From Candidatus Woesearchaeota archaeon (GTDB taxonomy: Archaea > Nanobdellota > Nanobdellia > Woesearchaeales > UBA9642), in assembly GCA_038884715.1 (NCBI GenBank), contig JAWABG010000002.1, forward strand, positions 10,275 through 74,274: a stretch of 64,000 nt of DNA. The letters run 5' to 3'. Both the position numbers and the translations under genes were made by a program. The notes under the pieces were generated by a model. It worked only from the letters and a program-made list of their open reading frames with translations, was not told where the DNA came from and made no database searches. Positions 35,331-45,734 of this stretch are shown here, in pieces; position 1 is the first letter of the stretch; the number at the start of each line of letters is the position of its first letter.

Positions 35331-36562
35331 TGAGCTAATGCCATTGCCTCCTTATACGCATCAACACATCTCTGTGCTGGCTCAATCAGGTTAAATTTAC
35401 TAACTTCTTTAATACTGTTTTCTTTTAATTCTTGGTATAATTCTGGATGCCTTAAGACACTTACTACCTTGTTGGTCATTTCATCAATATCCCAAAAATC
35501 AACTTTCAATGCGTTCTTTATAACTTCTGAAACTCCTGACTGTTTTGATATTATTACTGGGGTGCCATTTTTTAATGATTCTAGTGCAACAAGACCAAAT
35601 GGTTCTGCTACACTCGGCATTACAAATAGATCTGCCATCTGAAATGCTTTATGAACATCTTTGCCTGTTAACCAGCCAGTAAATATTACTTTGTTCTCAA
35701 TCCCAAGTTCAACTGCTCTATTGATTATTCTGGGTAACATGTCTCCAACACCTGCAAAAATAAATTTTGTATTTGGCTCATAATCAAGAACTTTTTTTGC
35801 CATTTCTATAAAATAATCAGGTCCTTTTTGAATTGTAACCCTCCCCATAAATAGAACTATTTTATCATTTTCAGATATTCTTGAATTAAAATTAATATTA
35901 TAATCGGGATTGTTTGGATCTATTCCCCAATGAACTACTTTTATTTTATCTGGATTAATATTATAATATCTTATCACATTATTTTTTGTGAAATTGCTAT
36001 TTGCAATTATTAAATCAGCGTTTTTCAGACCTTCAAATTCTATATGGCTTATATACGTATTTGGATTTCCGCCTGTCCTGTCAAATTCTGTTGCATGAAT
36101 GTGTGCTATTAGAGGTTTTTTTGATACTTTTCTTGCTATCATTCCTGCCGGGTAAGTCATCCAGTCATTTACATGAATAATATCATGATCCTCAAGCTCA
36201 GCAATTATTCCAGCAAGCTGCGCAAATCTCTGAACTTCTGAATAAATATCCTTTCCATATACTTCATTATTCTTTCCTGTTTCACTTATTATCTGAAGTT
36301 TTTTATAAAATTCATTATATGCATCATACGTGAGGTATGGCATTAGAATACTATTTATTTGTTTTATCTTTATTTTTTTATGAATATTGTTTGTGCCAAT
36401 TATTTTTACAAAATCTGATTTTGCATCTTCTGGTGCCTTTGGCATAACAAATGTTATTTCATGTCCAAGGAGTGATAGTCCTTTTGTTAGGTCATAGCAT
36501 GCAGTTCCTAATCCTCCAGATTTAAATGGAGGAAACTCCCAACCAAACATAAGGACCTTCAC
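35327..36562 (-). CDS. glgA: Archaeal-type glycogen/starch synthase (GT-B, GT4/GT5-like)
   Basis: MKVLMFGWEFPPFKSGGLGTACYDLTKGL, and C-terminal ...PSVAEPFGLVALESL. The stop overlaps the GH57 start (ATGA). Confidence 0.75.
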   Translation of the reverse strand: MKVLMFGWEFPPFKSGGLGTACYDLTKGLSLLGHEITFVMPKAPEDAKSDFVKIIGTNNIHKKIKIKQINSILMPYLTYDAYNEFYKKLQIISETGKNNEVYGKDIYSEVQRFAQLAGIIAELEDHDIIHVNDWMTYPAGMIARKVSKKPLIAHIHATEFDRTGGNPNTYISHIEFEGLKNADLIIANSNFTKNNVIRYYNINPDKIKVVHWGIDPNNPDYNINFNSRISENDKIVLFMGRVTIQKGPDYFIEMAKKVLDYEPNTKFIFAGVGDMLPRIINRAVELGIENKVIFTGWLTGKDVHKAFQMADLFVMPSVAEPFGLVALESLKNGTPVIISKQSGVSEVIKNALKVDFWDIDEMTNKVVSVLRHPELYQELKENSIKEVSKFNLIEPAQRCVDAYKEAMALAH

Positions 36563-37068
36563 AGATACACCCCTTGTTTTCTGTTACTTTTACTTATGTT
36601 TTTTATTTCTTTTGATGTAGTCTTTTTGTTAGAAGTATTAAATAGAAAATTCTTACAAGAAGTATTCAAGATATTTAAAACTAAATATTTTTTAGTGTTC
36701 AATTTTTCACTTCTTTTAACACAGTCTAGCTAGTTTAGAGGTATGATTATGTATGTTGACTTTTTTTGCAAATCTAACCGGTTAATTATTTGCTTTTTTC
36801 TGACTACATCAACACCCTTCTTATTTATTTTTTATATTACTATTTAAATGTTGTTATTTTTTTGGTTTTTTGTATTTTTTAATTTTGATAATATATTACT
36901 GATTTACAAATAATGATTATTTATAATATGTAATTTTATAATATATGATTCTTAATTATTTTTAAAAAATCAATAAATAATTAAATTATTAAATAAATAA
37001 ACTAAATATTTTATTAAATTATTAAACAGAAAAATTTATATATTAACTGTGTTTTAGTAATTAAAGAT

Positions 37069-37806
37069 ATGGAAACAGAACAATTATTAACTGGAGCCAG
37101 ACTTGTGATATTAAATGAGATAGCAAACAGTCCAAAATCTGCATCAGAAATAGCTAAAAATATTGGTACAAGTATTGCATATGTAGATCAACAACTAAAA
37201 TTTTTGGAGGCCTATAATATAATAAAAATATATACTGAAAAAGATATAGATAAACTTAATGTAAAAACAAGTCAAGTTGAATCACCTGAGTCAAGACCTA
37301 AGTCAATGTATAAGAAAACTGGAAAACCTTTAAGAAAATATATGTTAACTCAGGAACTTATCATGATAACAATAGTTGCCAAAAACGGGGTTGATAGAAA
37401 AATAATACCTTTCCATTCTGACCAAAAAATATTTCCTAATATTTTTTTAGTTGATAATGTTGAAGATATGTTTTACATTTCTAAATTCATATTACATACT
37501 GATGAAATACTAGAAAAAGTAAACAGCTTGGGTATAATAAACCACACAAAGGATAGTATAGAGTTAATATTGTTAACTGATCATATTGATGAGATAAGGC
37601 AAAAATATAGTAATGTACTGCTGAAGAATCCTTATGGAAAAGAGAAAAAAATAATTTGTTGGACACATAATGAGCACGAGTTCAAACAAGGCATTACAAA
37701 AAAAGAAAAATATTTTCTTAACCTCTTGAAAGAGCCAAAAATAATTTTTGATCAAGAAAATAAATTATCTCAATTAAAAAAAGAGAGAGACTTAATAATA
37801 AAATAA
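37069..37806 (+). CDS. Winged-helix (ArsR-like) transcription regulator with an unknown C-terminal domain
   Basis: ARLVILNEIANSPKSASEIAKNIGTSIAYVDQQLKFLEAYNIIK. Confidence 0.55.
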   Translation: METEQLLTGARLVILNEIANSPKSASEIAKNIGTSIAYVDQQLKFLEAYNIIKIYTEKDIDKLNVKTSQVESPESRPKSMYKKTGKPLRKYMLTQELIMITIVAKNGVDRKIIPFHSDQKIFPNIFLVDNVEDMFYISKFILHTDEILEKVNSLGIINHTKDSIELILLTDHIDEIRQKYSNVLLKNPYGKEKKIICWTHNEHEFKQGITKKEKYFLNLLKEPKIIFDQENKLSQLKKERDLIIK

Positions 37807-38012
37807 TCAATAATTTTTTTAAATATTAAAAATATCAATTCAATATACATATAACTATACTATCTCCGAAACATTTTTATATAGAATATTCTATACTGGT
37901 ATTGGGGGTAAGGTTAAGATATACTTTTTGTTGAATTAACAATATAAGTATATTTTAGATATTATTTATTATATTGGGATATATACTTATTGTAGCCTGA
38001 CCCTTTGAAAAT

Positions 38013-38294
38013 ATGGGAGTACTTGATGAGTCAGAATTCGAGGAATTAATGAAAAAGCAGCGAGATATGGCTACAAGAATAGTACAGGAATCAGATACTG
38101 ATAATCAAATAAAACTAATTTCTATTTATGATTCATTGGTAAAACCAAAAGAAAAAAAAGTGCAGGTTGAATTATTGCTCATTGAGGCTCAAGCTCAAGG
38201 TCTTTCTGAAAGAGAAGCAATACAAATAATTGAAAAACTAAAAGATATAGGAATCTTCTATGAGCCACAGCCAGGTTATGTTAGCAAGACTTAG
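38013..38294 (+). CDS. Small protein with an MCM-C-terminal-like winged helix
   Basis: The C-terminus GLSEREAIQIIEKLKDIGIFYEPQPGYV resembles the ...G.iyEPrpGyy ending of archaeal MCM WH domains. Weak evidence. Confidence 0.35.
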   Translation: MGVLDESEFEELMKKQRDMATRIVQESDTDNQIKLISIYDSLVKPKEKKVQVELLLIEAQAQGLSEREAIQIIEKLKDIGIFYEPQPGYVSKT

Positions 38295-38366
38295 TAGGTA
38301 AAGACTTATTTTTAAATAATTCTTTTAAATAAATTTATAATAACATAAGTTTTTCTGTATCATAAA

Positions 38367-39257
38367 ATGAAATACAAAATTGACTTACATATGCACAGCA
38401 CAGCAAGTGATGGAACACAAAGCCCTGCAAAAGTAGTAGCGTTAGCAAAAGAAAGAGGACTTAATTTAATTGCTCTTACAGACCATGATACAATAGAAGG
38501 ATTAGAAGAGGCATTAATTGTTGCGAAAAATTATAATATTCATTTTGTTGCAGGAATTGAATTAAATGTAATATATAGAACAAATTTATACAAAAACGGA
38601 GAAAAAACACTAACTCTTGATTTACTTGGTTATTTTATTGATTACAAAAACAACAATTACTTTGATAAAGAATTTATAACAACTCTTGAAGAAAGCAGAA
38701 AGTATAGAATATGGAGAGCAAAAGAGGTTCTTAACAAAACTAACTCAGATCTTATTATAGAAGGGAAGCAAATAATTACAGACCAGGAATGGAATAACCT
38801 AGTTAAAAATACTCAAGGCTCATTTAGTAGGGTGCATATAGCTGAATTAATGATAAAGAAAGGTTTAGTAGAAAATCATAATAAGGCTTTCCAAAAATAT
38901 TTAATAAAAAATGATGTTCCCAAAAAAGAACTAACACTTGAAACTGGTTCCGCTTTAATCAGGAGAAATAAAGGACTTGTAGTTCTTGCTCACCCACATG
39001 GTAAGGATCAATACACATTAAGAAATTTTTTACCTAATATCGAAGATCACGGACCAATATTAAAATCTATGCTTCCTTATATTGATGGTCTTGAATGTTA
39101 TTATTGGGATCATAAGAAACCCCAAACAGATTACTATATTAAATTTGCAAGAAATTCCAATTTGATAATAACTGGTGGTAGTGATCATCATGGTGGAGAA
39201 AAGAACAGGTTAGGTAGGCAGTTTGTGCCAGAATATGTCAGAGAATTTTTTTCTTAG
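38367..39257 (+). CDS. PHP-domain metal-dependent phosphoesterase
   Basis: DLHMHSTASDGT, LTDHDT and AHPHG motifs. Confidence 0.8.
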   Translation: MKYKIDLHMHSTASDGTQSPAKVVALAKERGLNLIALTDHDTIEGLEEALIVAKNYNIHFVAGIELNVIYRTNLYKNGEKTLTLDLLGYFIDYKNNNYFDKEFITTLEESRKYRIWRAKEVLNKTNSDLIIEGKQIITDQEWNNLVKNTQGSFSRVHIAELMIKKGLVENHNKAFQKYLIKNDVPKKELTLETGSALIRRNKGLVVLAHPHGKDQYTLRNFLPNIEDHGPILKSMLPYIDGLECYYWDHKKPQTDYYIKFARNSNLIITGGSDHHGGEKNRLGRQFVPEYVREFFS

Positions 39258-39945
39258 ATTCCAGCTCACGTATAGCATCACTAGCAATCCATTTAGCTGT
39301 TTTGGTCTCCTGTTTCAAAATTCGGTGTGCACACTCAATGGCTTTTTTGTTCAGATTTTTATTTTTTTTTCCAATCTGGCGAAGAGCCCAATTAACTGCT
39401 TTTCTAACAAAATTTCTTTTATCATAAGAATATTTTTCTATCAATGGAAAAAACATATCAAATTTTTGATCTGACCAGTCTTTTCTGTGCCAAGCAACAC
39501 AAGCTATGAGTGCAAATCCCGCCCTTCTTATGAATTCCTTTTCATCTTTTACCCATTCAAAAATCTTTTTTTCTGCAAATTCAGTCTTATCAAACAAATT
39601 CATGCAGCACTGATCACACAAATCCCAAGAGTTGAACTCTATTACCCACTCATCCATTAATTTCTCTGTAATTTTTTTTGGGTCAGCAACCATACTCGCA
39701 AGAATTCTTGCTTCATGAATATTTGTTTTCCAGAGCTGAAGTGCAAGCACTTGCCTGTCAGGGTCTTTTATATGCCTTTTTGCAATAGCTCGCAAGACAG
39801 GAATTCTAACTCCAAGTGCATATTTTGAATTAATCCCAAACCGAGCCATTCCCTCTTTGTCTTTTGGATTAGACTTTTTTTTAGTTCTGAAATTATTTGG
39901 TTTAGTTTTTGATATGACATTTTTATTCCAATTTTGATATTGCAC
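39238..39945 (-). CDS. DNA alkylation repair (AlkD-like HEAT-repeat) protein, N-terminus possibly frameshifted at an A8 run
   Basis: NPKDKEGMARFGIN...LGVRIPVLRAIAK...IHEARILA fits AlkD-family repeats. In-frame GTG start at 39945. An alternative ATG at 39920 in another frame encodes MSYQKLNQIISELKK, an AlkD-like first helix. Confidence 0.65.
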   Translation of the reverse strand: MQYQNWNKNVISKTKPNNFRTKKKSNPKDKEGMARFGINSKYALGVRIPVLRAIAKRHIKDPDRQVLALQLWKTNIHEARILASMVADPKKITEKLMDEWVIEFNSWDLCDQCCMNLFDKTEFAEKKIFEWVKDEKEFIRRAGFALIACVAWHRKDWSDQKFDMFFPLIEKYSYDKRNFVRKAVNWALRQIGKKNKNLNKKAIECAHRILKQETKTAKWIASDAIRELESKKKIL

Positions 39946-40138
39946 CTTGTTTGCATGCTTCTATACAAGAAAAGCAATTAGTACATAATTTTTTATCATA
40001 AACAATATTTTTTTTTCTTTCCAATGCCCCTGTAGGACATACCTCAACACATCCATCACACTTGGAGTTACCGCATTTACAACCAGTGCATTTCCATTCT
40101 TTCCAACAACATTTTTTGTAATTAATTTTTATAGTCAT
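39923..40138 (-). CDS. Small 4Fe-4S dicluster ferredoxin-like protein
   Basis: Motifs CDGCVEVCP and CTNCFSCIEAC, plus extra N-terminal Cys. Confidence 0.7.
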   Translation of the reverse strand: MTIKINYKKCCWKEWKCTGCKCGNSKCDGCVEVCPTGALERKKNIVYDKKLCTNCFSCIEACKQGAISKLE

Positions 40139-40171
40139 AAGTTTTTATCTCCTATCCATCTTCACTCTTGT

Positions 40172-42505
40172 TTAATATCCGAATAAACTAGTCTGTTTTG
40201 AATTTTTTAGAATTTCCTTGAATGATTTATCAAAGAATACAAGTAATGAGTCCGCAATCGGCTCAAGCTGTTTATCAACATAATGATTATAATCTATTTT
40301 GTGTTTTATTTTTTCAATTGGTTCAGGTCCATCTGTTGTCATTACATATTGTATCAAGTTTGATTTTAGTTTTCCCAATTTTCTCGCAGCTTTTACATGC
40401 GGGGGTGTTGTCTTTATGTATTCTGACAATGGTTTGTTAATTTTTTTCTTGTAAACAAGTTTGTCGTCATATCTCCCATTCTCTAAGTTAGCGACAAATT
40501 TTTTTATAAAATCTGCTACTTCTTCATTATGGAATATCTTGTCAAGCAGTTCTTCCTGAAATATTTTTGAAAGCTCTGTCCAGTCACTTCTGACAAACTC
40601 CATACCAGTAAATTTTATAACTTCTTTTCCATTTTCGATGAGCAATCCTGCATACCTTTTCTTTGCTCCTTCTTCACTTCCACGGATTCTTGGCATTAAA
40701 AATTTTATAAAAACTTTTTCGAACTCTAATTCTAAATAACTTTTCCTTGCATATTCTCTTCTTACAAAGTCTTCATAAAATTTGTTTATATAATATTGTA
40801 TTTCTCTTCCAATCTTTTCTGCCTCTTCTCTTGTACTTGCTTTTGTCTCTACAAATGCACTGTCTGTGTCACTATAAATAACCCTATAACCTTTTTCCTC
40901 TATTTTTTTTGCAGTTAATTTAATCAGGTATTGGCCGAAAGTAGTTATTGCGTTGTTTATATCCATATTGTAAAATCTGCAACTCGGATTTCCAAGTACC
41001 CCATAGAAAGAGTTCATAAGAATTTTTATTGCATACCTTGCCAGTTCATTTTTTTGTTTTCTTGCTGCTTCTCTTTTTTCCCATAGGTTGTGAATGAGTA
41101 TGGGAAGAATGCCGTCTTGATTCTTGAAGTATGCATTATTTGGGCTTCTTACGTATTTATGAATATCTTTTTTATCTTTCTCCGGGATTTTTTCAGGGTG
41201 TCTTACAAAACTATACGGGTCTATGTTAAATGTTTTAATTATGCTTGGATACAGGCTCTTGAAATCTACTACAACAATGTTTTCATATAATCCGGGAATT
41301 GAATCCATCACATAACCTCCCACGCCAGAGGTTTCTTTTTCAATAAATTTTGAGTTAAAGCAAACAAGTTTTCTTTTTTTTGTTTCTCTCAGATATACAC
41401 TATCTAAACTTGCAACACTCGCTCTTACTTTATCTAATGTCATACCTGTAAGTAATGAGCGCTGGATTGACAAGTCAAGAGTTTTTGTTTTTTCAAGTAT
41501 AATATACACCATTTCTGAATCTAGAAGATTATAATCAACCAATTTTTGCTTGTCATACTTAAATGCCTTTTCAATTTCTTCTCCTTTATTCTCTTCGCCA
41601 ATCAGTTTTTTCATATGAAGAACTTCTTGTGCGGCTGTTTCCAAAGTGTAATCCTCTAGTTTGTAGAAATTTATTTTCAAAACATTAATTCCGTTAAGTA
41701 TCATTCGTCCAGGGAATTCTGCTGTGCTTTCTTTCATGAATTCTTTTTCTATCTTTATTGTGCACGGCCAGTCAGTCCTTCCAAACACGAATGGAATTTT
41801 AAAATAGTCAAATCTTTGTTTTAAAATTTTTAAGTCAAAATCTATTACATTCCAGCCAGTGATAATATCAGGATCAAGCTTTATTATTAATTCTTTAAAA
41901 TGTTCCAGCATTTCTTTCTCTGTATCAAATATTTTTGCATTTTTGAGTTCTTCTTTACTTCTTATAAGAACTCTTTTGTAATCCTCACAGTATACAGAAA
42001 TGCAGTATATTTCCTTTGCTTTCATGTCTGTTTCTATATCTATACTAACAATTTTTAATCTTGGGAACCATTCCTCTTCTTTAAATCTTGGATTTTCATA
42101 AATTCTATTTACATACTCGCCTTTTTTAAATTCTCCATCAATAAAAGTACTTCCCTTTATTTTGTTATCTATCATAAATCTCTGGACAAATCTAATATCT
42201 GACTCAAATGTTTCAATCTTTTCTTCTTCAAATAAATCCCTTAGTTTTTTGACATCAGAAGGAATATTTAATACAATTTTTGTCATCAGTTCATCATCAA
42301 AATTCTTAAAATCCGATTCTTCGAAAATAGTGTTTTTTTCTGCGATTTTTCTTGCCTTATCTTCATCAGATTTTCTAATAAAAAAGTATGGCTTATATTC
42401 ATTAATGGTTAGAAAACTCTCTCCGTTCTCTAGTCTTCCAAATAAATATACTAAAGCTCTATTATCAATAATCCTATACGTTGGATAAACAACAAACGCC
42501 CTCAT
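40172..42505 (-). CDS. polB: Family B DNA polymerase
   Basis: Exo motifs (VSIDIE), then polymerase motifs SLYPSII, KILMNSFYG and YSDTDS. Confidence 0.92.
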   Translation of the reverse strand: MRAFVVYPTYRIIDNRALVYLFGRLENGESFLTINEYKPYFFIRKSDEDKARKIAEKNTIFEESDFKNFDDELMTKIVLNIPSDVKKLRDLFEEEKIETFESDIRFVQRFMIDNKIKGSTFIDGEFKKGEYVNRIYENPRFKEEEWFPRLKIVSIDIETDMKAKEIYCISVYCEDYKRVLIRSKEELKNAKIFDTEKEMLEHFKELIIKLDPDIITGWNVIDFDLKILKQRFDYFKIPFVFGRTDWPCTIKIEKEFMKESTAEFPGRMILNGINVLKINFYKLEDYTLETAAQEVLHMKKLIGEENKGEEIEKAFKYDKQKLVDYNLLDSEMVYIILEKTKTLDLSIQRSLLTGMTLDKVRASVASLDSVYLRETKKRKLVCFNSKFIEKETSGVGGYVMDSIPGLYENIVVVDFKSLYPSIIKTFNIDPYSFVRHPEKIPEKDKKDIHKYVRSPNNAYFKNQDGILPILIHNLWEKREAARKQKNELARYAIKILMNSFYGVLGNPSCRFYNMDINNAITTFGQYLIKLTAKKIEEKGYRVIYSDTDSAFVETKASTREEAEKIGREIQYYINKFYEDFVRREYARKSYLELEFEKVFIKFLMPRIRGSEEGAKKRYAGLLIENGKEVIKFTGMEFVRSDWTELSKIFQEELLDKIFHNEEVADFIKKFVANLENGRYDDKLVYKKKINKPLSEYIKTTPPHVKAARKLGKLKSNLIQYVMTTDGPEPIEKIKHKIDYNHYVDKQLEPIADSLLVFFDKSFKEILKNSKQTSLFGY

Positions 42506-42620
42506 AAAAATTTTAAATAAAAAGGATTATATAAATTTAATTGAAAAAATATTTAAACTAAAGATGTTTTTAATTATTTATTCTTATTTCAGGATGAAAA
42601 TATTATTATGGGGGGTAAAA

Positions 42621-42926
42621 ATGTGTATTATGAAAGAATTCAAAGATTTCTTGAATGAGTATAAAGTAGTGCCGTTAGCTATTGCATTTATTATGGGTGT
42701 TGCAACAACAACATTAATTCAGTCATTAGTAAATAATATAATTATGCCCATTATAACTCCATTTATACCTGGTGGTGCATGGCAGACAGCAACATTCAAT
42801 TTTGGTCCAATTGTTATTGGATGGGGAGCATTTGCTGGAGCAATAATTAATTTTATTATAATTGCTTTTGTAGTATTTATGATGGCAAAGATTATTCTTA
42901 AAGAGAAAAAAGTAACAAAAAAATAA
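42621..42926 (+). CDS. mscL: Large-conductance mechanosensitive channel
   Basis: KEFKDFLNEYKVVPLAIAFIMGVA and a second TM helix. The ATG at 42621 follows a GGGGGG Shine-Dalgarno-like run. The track start at 42564 is probably too long. Confidence 0.8.
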   Translation: MCIMKEFKDFLNEYKVVPLAIAFIMGVATTTLIQSLVNNIIMPIITPFIPGGAWQTATFNFGPIVIGWGAFAGAIINFIIIAFVVFMMAKIILKEKKVTKK

Positions 42927-43040
42927 TTTTTATAATTTTATTTAATTCTTTTTTTTATTATTATTTTAATTTTATTTAATTTTTTTATTTATCGATATTT
43001 AATTATAATATTTAATTATATTAACCCCTATTTATAAATA

Positions 43041-43793
43041 TTAACCTTCAATTAGCAAGAGGAAAGCCATTATTCCTATTCCAAGTAATATTCCAAATAA
43101 CTGAAACCCGGATTTTGCTGGACTTGTTTCTTTATGCAGCTCTGGAATAAGATCAGAGCTTGCAATATAAATAAATCCACCTGCAGCAATAGGGATTAGA
43201 AAAAGAGTTATATTTTCAATATTTTTGCCAATAATTAATGTTAGTATTGCACCAATTATTGAAATACATGCTGAAAGAAAATTAAAAAATAATGCTTTTT
43301 TCTTCGAATATCCTGCATGAAGCAATATTCCAAAATCCCCAATCTCCTGAGGAATTTCATGAAGTAAAACCGCCACTGTTGTTGCAATTCCTATTTGTGT
43401 ATTGGCAATATAACTTCCAGCAATCAAAACACCATCAAGAAAATTATGGAATCCATCCCCGACAAGGTTCATTACTCCAAGATGATGCGGGTGTTGTTTT
43501 GATGTTGGAATATGACAATGGCGCCAACAAATAAATTTTTCCAAAGTAAAAAATAAAAGTATTCCGATGAGAAACATCAGAGAAACCTGGAATGTGAAAC
43601 CATAGCTTTCAACTATTTCTGGAATTAAGTGAATAAAAGAATCACCCAATAATGCACCCGCCGCAAAACTAACTAAGAACAACAATATTTTTTTTAAGAA
43701 TTCCTGTCTTAATGAAAATGTAAAAAGTCCTATAAGAGAAATAAGACTAACAATAATAACACTAATAAGAGTATAAAACCATATTTCGTGCAT
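43041..43793 (-). CDS. zupT: ZIP-family divalent metal transporter
   Basis: HNFLDG and HEIPQEIGDFGILL motifs, with eight TM helices. Confidence 0.8.
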   Translation of the reverse strand: MHEIWFYTLISVIIVSLISLIGLFTFSLRQEFLKKILLFLVSFAAGALLGDSFIHLIPEIVESYGFTFQVSLMFLIGILLFFTLEKFICWRHCHIPTSKQHPHHLGVMNLVGDGFHNFLDGVLIAGSYIANTQIGIATTVAVLLHEIPQEIGDFGILLHAGYSKKKALFFNFLSACISIIGAILTLIIGKNIENITLFLIPIAAGGFIYIASSDLIPELHKETSPAKSGFQLFGILLGIGIMAFLLLIEG

Positions 43794-43970
43794 ATTTTTA
43801 GAATTATATATGATATTATAAATGTTTTGTATTAATTATTGTTTTGTATTTATTAATAATTGTTGTTTTGTATTAATTGTGTCGGTCCTAAATATTTAAC
43901 TATAAATATTAATTATCAACGTTGAAATAAACACTAAAACTTTTTAAACTTCTCTTTTTTCTGATGATAT

Positions 43971-45710
43971 ATGAAACGAATAGCAGTAGTTGATAATACT
44001 AAACTCAAGGATATGGATAAAAAAAAGCATATTCAGAGTTTGTGTCCAGTCAACAGAATGGGGACTGATTGCATATATTTTGAGGGCAACAAGCTTTTGA
44101 TAGATGAAGCTACTTGTATTGGTTGTGGTATTTGTGTAAAGGTGGCGCCTGAGGCAATTAGAGTTATAAATTTGCCTGAAGCCTTGAATAAAGAGCCTAT
44201 TCACAGGTATGGAAAGAATGGTTTTGCGTTATACAATCTTCCTATTCCCCAGTTTGGAAAAGTTGTTGGAATCATTGGTAGTAATGGAATAGGAAAAAGC
44301 ACTGCCTTACAAATAATTGCAGGTATAATAAAGCCAAATCTTGGAAAGGTTGATGATAGTAGTGTTAATCAGAAGGAAATAATAAAATACTTTAAAGGTA
44401 CAGAAGCCCAAGGTTTTTTTGAAGGATTATATAGAGGAGAAATCAAGGCAGCTTATAAGCCTCAACAAGTTGACCTTATTCCAAAACAGTTTAATGGAAC
44501 AGTAAAAGAGTTGCTAAAAAAAGTTGATGAAAAAAATGAGTATGAAAAAGTTATTGAATTACTCGAACTCAACAATATTACAGATACTGAAATATCAGAG
44601 ATTTCGGGTGGAGAATTACAAAGGGTTGCTATCGCTGCTACTGTTTTAAAGAAAGCTAATCTATACATGTTTGATGAGCCGACAAGTTACTTAGATATAA
44701 GGCAAAGATTGAAGATTTCAAATTTTATCAGGGGATTAGCTGATGAGAACACAGCAGTTATGGTTATCGAGCACGACCTTATTATTCTTGATTATATGAC
44801 TGATCTTATTCATTTAATGTATGGTAAAACTGCAGCATATGGTGTTGTCTCCATGACAAAAACAACAAAAGCAGGAATCAATATTTATTTAGGAGGATAC
44901 TTAAAAGAAGAAAATATTCGCTTTAGGGATAAACCAATAATATTTAACGAACGTGCTCCTGTAACCGATTCAAAACATTCGTTGCTAACGGTGTGGAAGA
45001 GTATGGAAAAGAGTTTTGGAAAATTTAAATTAAAAATCAATGATGGTAAAATCTTCAAAAACGAAATTGTTGGTGTTCTCGGGGAAAATAGTATAGGAAA
45101 AACAAGTTTTGTAAAAATTCTTGCTGGCGATATTGGAACAGACAATAAAATTCCGCTGAAATTATCATATAAACCACAGTATCTTTCTCCGAATGATGAT
45201 TTAGTTATGGATGTTTTGCACACAGCTGTCCAGTATTATGATGTGCAATTGATTAGACCTTTAGAATTAAAAGATTTGTTGTTGAGAAAATTGACAGAGC
45301 TTTCAGGAGGTGAATTACAGAGGGTGATGATTGCAAAAGCTCTTAGTGAAGATTCAGAAATTGTTCTTATGGATGAGCCGTCTGCATATCTTGATGTTGA
45401 GCAAAGACTTGTTGTTTCAAAAACAATTAAGGAGATGTTGAATATTACAAGAAAAAGTGCGATTGTTGTTGACCACGATTTATTATTCTTAGATTATCTC
45501 TCAGATAGACTTATCGTGTTCGAAGGAGTTCCTGCGCTTCACGGAGAGCAAAAAGGCCCTTTTAGTATGGAGCAGGGAATGAATATTTTTCTTAAAGGTA
45601 TAGGTCTTACTTTTAGGAGAGATGAAGAAACTCATAGACCCAGGGCTAATAAAGCAGAGAGTCAGAAGGATAGGGAGCAAAAAAGTAGCGGAAGGCTTTA
45701 CTATCACTAA
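43971..45710 (+). CDS. abce1: ABCE1 / RNase L inhibitor (ribosome recycling factor)
   Basis: N-terminal 4Fe-4S domain (CPV...CIGCGICV) followed by two ABC cassettes (GSNGIGKST, LSGGELQR x2). Confidence 0.92.
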   Translation: MKRIAVVDNTKLKDMDKKKHIQSLCPVNRMGTDCIYFEGNKLLIDEATCIGCGICVKVAPEAIRVINLPEALNKEPIHRYGKNGFALYNLPIPQFGKVVGIIGSNGIGKSTALQIIAGIIKPNLGKVDDSSVNQKEIIKYFKGTEAQGFFEGLYRGEIKAAYKPQQVDLIPKQFNGTVKELLKKVDEKNEYEKVIELLELNNITDTEISEISGGELQRVAIAATVLKKANLYMFDEPTSYLDIRQRLKISNFIRGLADENTAVMVIEHDLIILDYMTDLIHLMYGKTAAYGVVSMTKTTKAGINIYLGGYLKEENIRFRDKPIIFNERAPVTDSKHSLLTVWKSMEKSFGKFKLKINDGKIFKNEIVGVLGENSIGKTSFVKILAGDIGTDNKIPLKLSYKPQYLSPNDDLVMDVLHTAVQYYDVQLIRPLELKDLLLRKLTELSGGELQRVMIAKALSEDSEIVLMDEPSAYLDVEQRLVVSKTIKEMLNITRKSAIVVDHDLLFLDYLSDRLIVFEGVPALHGEQKGPFSMEQGMNIFLKGIGLTFRRDEETHRPRANKAESQKDREQKSSGRLYYH

Positions 45711-45734
45711 AATTAAAAACAATTGAAGAAAAGA

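Noticed and set aside
39238-39257. 20-nt convergent overlap of the PHP gene and the AlkD-like gene 3' ends
   Set aside because: Short convergent overlaps are common in compact genomes, and no structure or motif suggests function.
39768-39977. 69-aa ORF overlapping the AlkD-like gene start
   Set aside because: It is not an independent gene. Its first 15 codons are better explained as the displaced N-terminus of the AlkD-like protein (see the frameshift finding), and the remainder is out-of-frame read-through.
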